Source of the DNA: Thermodesulfobacteriota bacterium
Lineage (GTDB): Bacteria > Desulfobacterota > Desulfarculia > JACQYL01
Assembly (NCBI GenBank): GCA_963675595.2
Contig: CAXXLZ010000002.1
Location: 4,096,001-4,160,000 of the forward strand
Reading direction: 5' to 3'
Length of the DNA: 64,000 nt
The position numbers and the translations under genes are program-made. The notes under the pieces are model-generated. The model had not been told where the DNA came from. It was given only the letters and a program-made list of their open reading frames with translations, and ran no database searches. The first letter of the stretch is position 1. Every line of letters begins with the position of its first letter. Shown one piece after another: positions 10,708-19,319 of this stretch.

Positions 10708-11814
10708 CTAAGCGGCAACGGGAACCTCTCTGGCGATCGCCCACAGAAAGGCGGCCATCTCCCTTGCAATGGCCGTGACGGCCACTTGCGACGGCTTACC
10801 CCGGGCCATCAGCCGGTGGTACCGGCCGCACAGACGCAGCTGGGCCTTCCAGCCGATCTTGCAGACCTCGGACGGCGCCTCCTCCCGCCGATCCCTCAGC
10901 CTGCGGCCCACTCGGGGCGGATAGCGATAGGTCCAGGCCCCCTGGATCAATACCCGGCGCGCATGTCCGTTGCCGGACTTGGTAATGCCTCCTTGTTTGC
11001 GCCGTCCTCCGCTGGAACTCTCCGAGGGGACCAAACCCAGATACGCCGTCAACTGCCCGGGCTCATCAAATCGCGTCATGTCGCCCACTTCGGCCACCAC
11101 AGTGACGGCCACGATCAACGACACGCCTCGCATCGATTGGAAGGCCTCCACGACCGGTTTCATAGGCCAGTGCTCCACCTGCTCGCCAATCTGCTCCACC
11201 AATCGCGCCACCCGGCGCTCGCACTCTTCAATGGTGTCGATATACTCCTGAAAAACGATCTGCTGGGCCGGGTGTTCAAACGACTGGTCCGAAAGCCACC
11301 TCCGGTGGGCCCGGCTCCACTTCCGCGGCCCGCCGTACTTCCGACCGTGGCGCAGCAAAAAGGCGTTGAGCCGCTGTTTGGCCTTTCGCTCCGAGCTCTT
11401 GGCATCCTCCCGGGCCCTGGTCAAATCCCGTATCGCCTCGTCCTCCACACGGGGAACATACACCCCCGTGAGTTCTCCAGCCCGATGAAGACGAGCCAGG
11501 GTGACCGCATCCCGTCGATCCGTCTTGATCCGATCGCCGGCTCGTTGGGGCGTCAGCGAGGGCGCCACGACCGTGCAATGGATTCCCCGGGCATGCAGGT
11601 GCCGGTAAAGAACATAGCCGCACGGGCCGGCTTCGTAGACCACCCGAAGCCGATCCTTCTTGTAGCCCAGCCGGCGAATCAATCGATCCACATCCGACGG
11701 CTCCCCGTTGATCTTGCCGTAAGATCGGACTTCTCCATCACGGGACCCTTCGGCCAGGGCAACGTCTATCGATTTCTGGTGAACATCCAATCCAACAAAG
11801 ATAAAATCGGTCAT
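10708..11814 (-). CDS. IS110-family transposase/recombinase
   Basis: FVGLDVHQ, VYEAGPCGY, KTDRRDA, AYLGLVPSESSSG, ITKSGNGHARRVL, AIAREMA. Confidence 0.95.
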   Translation of the reverse strand: MTDFIFVGLDVHQKSIDVALAEGSRDGEVRSYGKINGEPSDVDRLIRRLGYKKDRLRVVYEAGPCGYVLYRHLHARGIHCTVVAPSLTPQRAGDRIKTDRRDAVTLARLHRAGELTGVYVPRVEDEAIRDLTRAREDAKSSERKAKQRLNAFLLRHGRKYGGPRKWSRAHRRWLSDQSFEHPAQQIVFQEYIDTIEECERRVARLVEQIGEQVEHWPMKPVVEAFQSMRGVSLIVAVTVVAEVGDMTRFDEPGQLTAYLGLVPSESSSGGRRKQGGITKSGNGHARRVLIQGAWTYRYPPRVGRRLRDRREEAPSEVCKIGWKAQLRLCGRYHRLMARGKPSQVAVTAIAREMAAFLWAIAREVPVAA

Positions 11815-11918
11815 GGCCTGCCTCCTTGGTGTTGGTTCTGTGGGCGTGGTGATTACTCGCACCATAACCCAACAACGCAGGAGACGGGCCTACTTTCCTG
11901 CACGTGCAGCCATTATGT

Positions 11919-14084
11919 CTACAGATCATCCACCCGTATATGGCCCGGATTCTGCGGGCCGTTCGAACTCTGGTCATTCAGGGTGCAGGCGTTTCCGTAA
12001 AAGCGGATACAATATGCGTTGTTCCCGTGGTTGATCCAACGCCCGTCCGCGCCGATGTCCAGTGCTCCGCCCAGCAGCAGGTCATGCGTCCAGCCTGAGA
12101 GGTCAACGGAGCCCCTGGTGATGGTCAGGGCAGTGGCCACGGTGACATCCGATCCGGTGTTGATGTCCAGTATGTCGTCAGACGCGTCCTTGTTCAGGGT
12201 CAGGGACTTAAAATTCCAGGCGCCGCTGCCGCTCAAAGAGCTGGTTAAAGGACCCGAAAATACGACCTCTGAATCGTCGGCGCAGGTCAGGGTTCCGGAG
12301 TTGTTCAGATTTCCCTGCACGGTCAGGTCGGTGCCGTCGCCATTGGCAATGGTCAGGGTAACACCGGAATCAATGGTCAAATCCCCGTTGACGCTGAGGG
12401 CTCCTCCTGTTGTTTTTATACCCGATCCACTGACGGCAAGATGATGACAGGTACCGGCGAATATCGCCTGATCCGCATCCCGTTGATAGGTGAGAGTACC
12501 GCCGGATACATTCAAGGTTCCGCTTCCGGCTGTTGCCCCGGAAATGGTGATTGCGCTTGAAGTGGTTTCGATGGATGTTGTGCCGGTCACATTGACGTTT
12601 CCATTTTGACTTTCAAAATTCACATCTCCGCTGTCAGTCACTATTCGGACTCCGGCGAGCGTGATATCGTCACTCTGGGCAACAAGCTGAATCCTGCTGG
12701 AACCTGTCGCGATAAGCGCTCCGTTATTGCTCTCGCCGTTACCGGTAATGCTTATCTCGCCCGTTTTGGCGATGATTGCGGAATCGGTATCCGTGAAACG
12801 AGCCAGACCGCCGTCCTCCAGGGCGAAAGAAGCGACGGCATAAGCGTCGTCTATGTCCGGATCGTTACTGGTCGTGGACGCATCGGGGATCAGTACATCG
12901 TCCGCTTCGTCGGGAATGCTGCCGTCCTGCCAGTTGAGTGCCTCCTGCCAGTTGCTGCTCGCCTGTCCGGTCCACAGCCCGGGCCTCCCATTGACCGTCA
13001 GTTGTCGGGAAACCGGGAGAGCGGGGTTATAGGTATCGTCTCCAGCCTGGGAGGCCGTAATATTTGCCGTTCCCACGTCGATGATGTGAATTTTCCCGCT
13101 TAGTATGGTAGCCACACTAGTGTTGTCACCGGAATAGCTTACTGGAAGACTTGAACTGGCGGTTGCTCCGGGAGCAAAATCAGCGTCTCCAAAAGTCTTG
13201 GCTGGAAGTTCGCCAAAGGTGATGGTTTGGTCGGCTTTGGTTGTGGTCTGGGACTGGTATGAGGTGTAGGCGCCTGTACCGGCTTCATTTTCTCCGCGGA
13301 TACGAATATAATACGTTGTATTTGGCGAAAGCCCGGTTACAGTGGTGCTGCCGGATGAAATTTCAGTTCCGCTCTTGACTACATTGGTGAAAGCCGTATT
13401 TGTACTTACCTGATAATCCCAGTCGGTAATGCGATAATTGTTGTCACTGGTTTTGTTTATAATGAAAGAACTGCTTGCCGCGCTGGATACGGAGAAGGAG
13501 GGATTTACCGGAATGGAATAGTTCCACCAGATAGCCATTTCGACTCTATAGTCATCATCAGTGGTAGTCCCTGATTTCACATAACCACTGCAGGTTCCGC
13601 TGCTGCAGGCGCCGTAGAACCCTGTCCATAAGTTTCTGCTGTTCCCGCTGATATTGGTATCAATGTTTTCATAACTAGCAAAATCGTCATCTCCACCGTT
13701 ATTTGTGCAATTTGGAGCATCATCATTCTCCCATCCAGAAATAAGAATATACAGATCATCGGCATTATCAAGTATTTTTCCCGTCCAGATTGTATCAAGC
13801 GAGCAATGCCACCATCTACCTGATTCATAATCGTCGGAGTTGTTATAGCAGAGTAGGCCCGAATAAGTGCCGGAGGAAGATAATTTATACTGCAATGTCC
13901 ACGCAAGCTCTTCATCACCATTTTCACCGCCACTGACATTGGCATAGAAATCATCGGTCCTTATTGCATAATCAATATAGACTGCGGCCCGACATGTATT
14001 GCCAAACGCCATTGCAAGCACACATGTAAAGAGTACGCTCAGAAATTTCAATGAGGTCTTCATTTTATTCTCCGTATATTTCAT
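11919..14084 (-). CDS. Secreted protein with fibronectin-III domain and beta-helix-like repeats
   Basis: Signal peptide, FN3 (VTGLSPNTTYYIRIRGEN), WTGQASSNWQEALNW motif, and Thr/Gly/Asn-rich repeats. No C-terminal anchor. Confidence 0.75.
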   Translation of the reverse strand: MKYTENKMKTSLKFLSVLFTCVLAMAFGNTCRAAVYIDYAIRTDDFYANVSGGENGDEELAWTLQYKLSSSGTYSGLLCYNNSDDYESGRWWHCSLDTIWTGKILDNADDLYILISGWENDDAPNCTNNGGDDDFASYENIDTNISGNSRNLWTGFYGACSSGTCSGYVKSGTTTDDDYRVEMAIWWNYSIPVNPSFSVSSAASSSFIINKTSDNNYRITDWDYQVSTNTAFTNVVKSGTEISSGSTTVTGLSPNTTYYIRIRGENEAGTGAYTSYQSQTTTKADQTITFGELPAKTFGDADFAPGATASSSLPVSYSGDNTSVATILSGKIHIIDVGTANITASQAGDDTYNPALPVSRQLTVNGRPGLWTGQASSNWQEALNWQDGSIPDEADDVLIPDASTTSNDPDIDDAYAVASFALEDGGLARFTDTDSAIIAKTGEISITGNGESNNGALIATGSSRIQLVAQSDDITLAGVRIVTDSGDVNFESQNGNVNVTGTTSIETTSSAITISGATAGSGTLNVSGGTLTYQRDADQAIFAGTCHHLAVSGSGIKTTGGALSVNGDLTIDSGVTLTIANGDGTDLTVQGNLNNSGTLTCADDSEVVFSGPLTSSLSGSGAWNFKSLTLNKDASDDILDINTGSDVTVATALTITRGSVDLSGWTHDLLLGGALDIGADGRWINHGNNAYCIRFYGNACTLNDQSSNGPQNPGHIRVDDL

Positions 14085-14255
14085 CGAAGTTTCTTTTGGT
14101 ATCTCAGCCTGATCCGCAGGAGGGCTGTTCCTGTCTGTTTTATTTCTTAACGAATATGGGATGCATTAATGCTGCATGGCCGGCGGGTGCTGAAATCAGA
14201 AAACTTGATGGTAATGGTACCATATCTTATTGAAATTTAAAGGTAATTTTAAAAA

Positions 14256-14304
14256 AGGACGAGCAAGCCATTATTGAGGACGAATCAGCATTATGGAAGG
14301 ACGA
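14256..14304 (-). promoter_or_regulatory. Triple LytTR-type operator
   Basis: AGGACGA at 14256, 14277 and 14298 (exact 21-bp period). Upstream of the 14084 start and adjacent to the LytS/LytTR pair. Confidence 0.75.
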
Positions 14305-14410
14305 AACGTGAGATTAAAGAAGGTGGGAAACAGCGCCGGCAATATTTTTTTAGTTTTCAGGGGAAGAAAAAACAGCGTAAGAGAAAGTCGGTCCCCGCTC
14401 AGAGGATTGT

Positions 14411-16498
14411 TCAGTCTTCAGGAGGGTTCGCGGGAAGGACAAGCGAAGCCTTGACCCATCCGTTGATTTCTTCGAGTTCGAAACGAAAATCAGGTCCGTA
14501 AACCAGGCCCAGGCGTTCGCGCAGATTGGCCAGACCAAGACCGGTGGAGTCTTTCCGGCTTTCAACAAGCCGACCGGTATTGCTCACAATGATTTCCAGC
14601 CGGTCATCATGCAGGTCGGCCTCGATAACCAATCCGAGAATATCCGGGCTGGTCATTCGGCCATATTTGATCGCATTTTCCACAAGGGGCTGGAGAATGA
14701 GGTCGGGAACCGGAATTTCCCCGGTGTCCGGATTGATATTCATTTCCACGGCAAGCTGTCCCTGAAATCTCACTTCTTCAACGGCCAAATAAGAGCGCAC
14801 TGTTTTAAGCTCCATGTGCAGGGGCAGCAGCATTTCATCTCTAGGATTTAATGTGTCGCGCAGATGCCCGGAAAGCTTTCTGATTAGATCTCCTATTTTT
14901 TCAGGAGAACGCCTTGCAAACACGTCAATGGTGTTCAGGACATTGAAAAGAAAATGAGGATTGAGCTGGTAGCGCAGAGTCCTGAATCTCGCTTCCAGAA
15001 GCAGCTTCTCGGCTTCACGGGCCCTTTCCCGATCTTTGGCGGCCTGTTTTTCAGCGGTAATGTCCGACATGATTCCCTGCAAGATTCTTGTCTGCCCTGA
15101 GGCATCGTATTCTTCCACCGCCCTTACCCGGCAATCTCTTATTCCGCCGTCCAGGCCCCTGAGCCTGAACTCGAAATTGGCAAGGCGACCGGTAGCATGG
15201 AGTATTTCCATGGCCCTGGACCTCGCATCCGGGTCAACATAGAAATCATCGGCACTGACGTTCAGCAGGTCGTCACTACTTCCGGCTCCCAGAATGCGGA
15301 GCATGGCCGGGTTGGCCGAAATGATTTTTCCGTTTCTGTCGGTCTGAAATATCCCCTCTGCCGCTGTTTCAAAAATATTTCTGTATTTGGCCTCACTGGC
15401 CTGCAGAATCCGGTTTTGAGACTCGATCCGCGAGGCCATGCTGTTCAGGCCGGAGGCGAGTTCCGCGATATCGGCGCTCGAAACCTTTCCAGTTCTGACA
15501 TTGTAATCGCCGTCGCCAAACCTGCGCACCATATCCAGGCATGAACCGATTCCTGACATGAGCGGCCTGACTGTCAGACCGGACAAAAACCAGACAAAGA
15601 CAAAAAGCGCAGAGGCGATAATCATCACCGTATATCGGACGCTCTTGATTGGTCTGAGAATATCGGTCAGGGGTCTGTCCACCACAATCACCCACCTGGG
15701 GTTGTCCATCCAAAGGCAGGCAGCCATGCGCTGCTGATTGTCCCTTTTGTAGCTCACAATTCCCCTGCCGGTCTCAAAATCCGGAACAACATCCGGAACG
15801 TCCGGTTTCTTGTACGGTGTTTTGATAACCAGGGTAAAATTATGACCGGCGTATTTGTTCAAATCCAGCTGCGGCGAGAAAACAAATACATCATCCCTTG
15901 AATCTGATTCAGTGTCCGCCCCAAAAAAATTTCCAAACCACTGCACATCAATAATCAAACGCAGCACTGCCTCGACTTTTTGTCCAATCAGGACCGGAAC
16001 TGATATGGCCACAATGGGCCGGCCGCTGGACACGGCCATGAAAGCCCCCTTGATCCCGGTCATGTTGTCCAGTGCCTTTAGAAAATCCTCCCTCCGACTG
16101 ACTACCTCCCGCATTTCCACAAGCCCGATGCGCTCCGGTATGGAAGAGGCGATGCACTCGGCATTTCTATCCATCAGGTTCAGGGTCTGAAGAATGGAAT
16201 CGCTTTTGACAAAGACCGCAAAGGCCTGGTTGAGCTTTTTCACCTTTTCCGGGTCGTGCGGGTTTTCGACCACTTCCCGCACATAAGGAGAAAGGCTCCA
16301 GGAGTGCACCCTCTGAGTAAGCAGATCAAAGCGCAGCCGAATACGGGAGCGCACAACGGCGGCTTCATGCTCCAGGGATCTTCGGGCCGAACCGATCAGC
16401 TTCTCCCTGGCCACATGATAGATGGACAGGCTGGAAAGACTCACGCTCAGGGCGACAATCACTCCGAGAATGATAATGATTATTTTCCTGAGCTTCAT
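14411..16498 (-). CDS. LytS/YehU-type sensor histidine kinase (Cache-HAMP-PAS)
   Basis: Two TM segments, HAMP, PAS, QLNPHFLFNVLN, LQPLVENAIKYG and GLGLANLRERL. Confidence 0.92.
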   Translation of the reverse strand: MKLRKIIIIILGVIVALSVSLSSLSIYHVAREKLIGSARRSLEHEAAVVRSRIRLRFDLLTQRVHSWSLSPYVREVVENPHDPEKVKKLNQAFAVFVKSDSILQTLNLMDRNAECIASSIPERIGLVEMREVVSRREDFLKALDNMTGIKGAFMAVSSGRPIVAISVPVLIGQKVEAVLRLIIDVQWFGNFFGADTESDSRDDVFVFSPQLDLNKYAGHNFTLVIKTPYKKPDVPDVVPDFETGRGIVSYKRDNQQRMAACLWMDNPRWVIVVDRPLTDILRPIKSVRYTVMIIASALFVFVWFLSGLTVRPLMSGIGSCLDMVRRFGDGDYNVRTGKVSSADIAELASGLNSMASRIESQNRILQASEAKYRNIFETAAEGIFQTDRNGKIISANPAMLRILGAGSSDDLLNVSADDFYVDPDARSRAMEILHATGRLANFEFRLRGLDGGIRDCRVRAVEEYDASGQTRILQGIMSDITAEKQAAKDRERAREAEKLLLEARFRTLRYQLNPHFLFNVLNTIDVFARRSPEKIGDLIRKLSGHLRDTLNPRDEMLLPLHMELKTVRSYLAVEEVRFQGQLAVEMNINPDTGEIPVPDLILQPLVENAIKYGRMTSPDILGLVIEADLHDDRLEIIVSNTGRLVESRKDSTGLGLANLRERLGLVYGPDFRFELEEINGWVKASLVLPANPPED

Positions 16499-16520
16499 GC
16501 CGGATAATTGCGAAATTGCA

Positions 16521-17297
16521 TCATGATAAGGGGTAAATACTGAGCAGATGCCTTTTCAGGTTGTCGGCGGCGGCTCTGCCGAGAAGCAGTGATGCGTCTG
16601 TATTGCTGAACTCAAGCTGCTGATTTCCCGATTCATTGTGCAGACTTTTAATCAGGGAGGTGTTTATTATCGTGGAGCGGTCAACACGCAGAAAAGGAAG
16701 AGAGCCGAGGCGTTCTTCCCATAACTTCATGGAATATCTGCTCTTAAGCAGTCGGGCCTGATCAACGCACATGACTTCGCTGTAATTTCTGGCAGCCCTG
16801 ATCCAGATGATGGAATCGACCCGGACCATGGTCAGGCTTCTTTCAGGACAGAGAAGAATCTGGTCGGTGAGTTCCAACGTCCCGGAAAATTTCGTGGTTC
16901 CGCTCCCAAAGCCCTTGTTTTGTCCTGCCAGAAGTCTCTGCACGGATTTCCCCAGTCGCGCGGGATCAATGGGCTTCAGAAGATAATCCAAGGCGTTGAC
17001 CTCAAAGGCGCGCAGGGCAAAATGATCATAGGCCGTCACGAAAACGACATCAGGCACATGTTCAATACCGTCAAGCACGTCAAATCCGGTTCCCTGCCGG
17101 AGCTGAATGTCCAGAAATACGGCATCCGGCTTGAGCGTGTTTATCTTTTCCCGGGCTTCGGACACGCTCGCGGCTTCGCCAATGATTTGCACCTGCTCAT
17201 AATCAGAGAACAGATCAATCATGTTCTCTCTGGCCCAGTATTCATCGTCAACGATAAGAGCTGTGATTGATGTTTTGCTTTTTGACATATCTTGCAT
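16521..17297 (-). CDS. LytTR-family response regulator
   Basis: REC (IVDDE, FLDIQL, YLLKP) plus LytTR domain (IIWIRAARNYS, FLRVDRSTIIN). Confidence 0.92.
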   Translation of the reverse strand: MQDMSKSKTSITALIVDDEYWARENMIDLFSDYEQVQIIGEAASVSEAREKINTLKPDAVFLDIQLRQGTGFDVLDGIEHVPDVVFVTAYDHFALRAFEVNALDYLLKPIDPARLGKSVQRLLAGQNKGFGSGTTKFSGTLELTDQILLCPERSLTMVRVDSIIWIRAARNYSEVMCVDQARLLKSRYSMKLWEERLGSLPFLRVDRSTIINTSLIKSLHNESGNQQLEFSNTDASLLLGRAAADNLKRHLLSIYPLS

Positions 17298-17622
17298 GTA
17301 TTGCGAGGTATTCCTCAAGTTCAGGTTAAGTGGAGCCATATTCATCTTTGCCGATATAAATTGTCGACTTCTCAAAACCTTTGCGAATATCTTCCAAGAA
17401 TCCTTGGCTATGTCCTGTTTCTTCAAATTAAGTCATAATGAGGCCATCGGCAGGAGTGTTCCCATAATTTCGCCTTATCAGTCTGAAAATTACAGGTTTC
17501 CATTCAGGTACGAATCGACTTCTCCTTATCCTCGGCGGTGAAATGCCGGCCAAGGCGCCCAGCTTTCGTCCCTTTTCCAATGCGAGGTCGGCCGCGGTGA
17601 AGAGACCTCGGAATGAATTCCT

Positions 17623-19233
17623 TCAGTAGGCTTCGTAAGGTGCTTCAAACCATCGGTACAGGTCGTAGTTCGCCTCGGTTCCGTCGGCGTAGGTCAACGT
17701 GGCGACGCCCCGGCTTTCCGTGGCGAAGGAAGCCGAAAGACGAACCCCCAGGCCTCCGATATCGTACGTGTCCACCCCATCACTGAAATCGTCGTCCAAG
17801 AAGCCGTGATACGTCTTGCCGTCGGGGGATACGATGATCAGGACGGCCCCCGTCGTATAGGTCTGGCAGTAGAAATTCATGGAAGCGCCGCTTTGCCCGG
17901 AAGGCACGTCTTTCCAAATGCCTTCGGGAGTCGTAGACGGGGCGGCGCCTCCGATTTCATCGGCTCCGATGTCGATCCCGCTGCCTTGGGGCCTCGGAGC
18001 GCCGTCGAAATCCTCGGTGAGACCCGGAACGTCCAGCCCCTGATCCACCACGGAGGTGGGGGAAACAGCCAGATGAAGGTTTCCGGCGGAAGGGTTCAGG
18101 AACCAGGACGCTTGGGCGTCGGTAACGTTGTGGGACACCTCGGCTTCGGCCTCTTCACGTTGGGTGATGCTGCGGTTGGTGAGGTTGTTGGCGATCAGAA
18201 CACCGGTCGTGGTGGAGAACCGGTATTCAACGGCGTTGGGGTGGCTGTGTTCCATGAACAAGGTATTGTTGTAAACCTGAGCTCCCGGGGCGGATTCCAG
18301 ACCGATTCCCACGTCGGCGAACCCTTCCGAAGAATCATGATAGATCATGTTGTTCCGGATGATGCCTCCTTGGTGTCCCATGTCGCCTAATCCGAATCCG
18401 ATACCCCGATCGCAGTTGATGATGACGTTTCGTTCCACCAGAGTGCCCCTGGAACCGTTCCAGAAGTGCACGGCGTGCTCCGCCACGTCCACGGAAGGGC
18501 TTCGGATGTTTCGGAAGGTATTTCCCCGCACGGTCCAGTCGGCTCCGTGATGCACGTCGATGCCCCCGATATAGTCCTGGGGGCCCAGACCCGACGGAGA
18601 CGTGTACTCCAACAGGCAGTCTTCCACCAGCCCGTTGTCGGAGCCGACACCGGGGGCCCCCTCCGCGTCGTAGGAGCCTTTGATCATCTGCTCAAAGGTG
18701 TCGATGATGCGGACGTTCCGGATCGTCGCATAATCGGCGTCCAGTTCACCGTGAACTTGAATACCGTGATTGGCCACCTTGCCGATGGTGAGGTCTTCAA
18801 GCGTGAAGTGTGAACCGGCCACTTCGAATGCGTGGGGGACACCCCCTTGCATTCCTTGACCTTGAATCAGCACGGCATCGCGATTGCCGGAGACTCCGCG
18901 TACGGTAACTCCGTCGGCGGAAACCCACAGTTGGCTGTCGAGGGTATAGACGCCGTCGCCCACGAGGATCGTGGCGGGGCCCCCCGCGTTGGCCGAGGAA
19001 ACCGCGTCCGCCAGTTCCTCGACGGTGGTCACGGTTACCGAGCTTTCCGTGCCGTTTGTGAAGTCGACTGCCGCCGGTCCGCTCGCCGAGCCGTCGGAAT
19101 GTGTATTATGGGTCGGTTGCGGGAAGGAGGCGCTGGAACGGCGGTCGCTGAAAGTCGAGTCGCCCCGGACCGCCGGCGGACCCGAAAAGACATAACCAAC
19201 CAATAATACGAAGACAATGGTTGCAGAGCGCAT
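17623..19233 (-). CDS. Secreted right-handed beta-helix protein (pectate-lyase-like fold) with shared C-terminal domain
   Basis: Signal peptide, parallel beta-helix repeats (VRGNTFRN, IIRNNMI, VYNNT) and DFDGAPRPQGSGIDIGADE motif. Confidence 0.75.
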   Translation of the reverse strand: MRSATIVFVLLVGYVFSGPPAVRGDSTFSDRRSSASFPQPTHNTHSDGSASGPAAVDFTNGTESSVTVTTVEELADAVSSANAGGPATILVGDGVYTLDSQLWVSADGVTVRGVSGNRDAVLIQGQGMQGGVPHAFEVAGSHFTLEDLTIGKVANHGIQVHGELDADYATIRNVRIIDTFEQMIKGSYDAEGAPGVGSDNGLVEDCLLEYTSPSGLGPQDYIGGIDVHHGADWTVRGNTFRNIRSPSVDVAEHAVHFWNGSRGTLVERNVIINCDRGIGFGLGDMGHQGGIIRNNMIYHDSSEGFADVGIGLESAPGAQVYNNTLFMEHSHPNAVEYRFSTTTGVLIANNLTNRSITQREEAEAEVSHNVTDAQASWFLNPSAGNLHLAVSPTSVVDQGLDVPGLTEDFDGAPRPQGSGIDIGADEIGGAAPSTTPEGIWKDVPSGQSGASMNFYCQTYTTGAVLIIVSPDGKTYHGFLDDDFSDGVDTYDIGGLGVRLSASFATESRGVATLTYADGTEANYDLYRWFEAPYEAY

Positions 19234-19319
19234 TGAGACTCCCGTTGTCGAGAGAGTGCAGGGTGAAACGTGGATTCCGGAGCTCAAGCCCCATCAGGCG
19301 TCGGCAAGGTCTCCGTGTG

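Larger units (their letters stand above)
10367..11920 (-). mobile_element. IS110-family element, IS1111 type (sub-terminal IRs, 3' non-coding RNA region)
   Basis: IR ATGGCTGCAC at 10372-10381 and its inverse at 11904-11913. Core CT/AG at 10367-68 and 11919-20. Circle-junction promoter TTGACG-17bp-CATAAT. About 340 bp of non-coding sequence follows the transposase. Confidence 0.88.

Noticed and set aside
10246-12000. 584-aa plus-strand ORF
   Set aside because: Antisense shadow of the IS110 transposase and REP, with no recognisable motifs.
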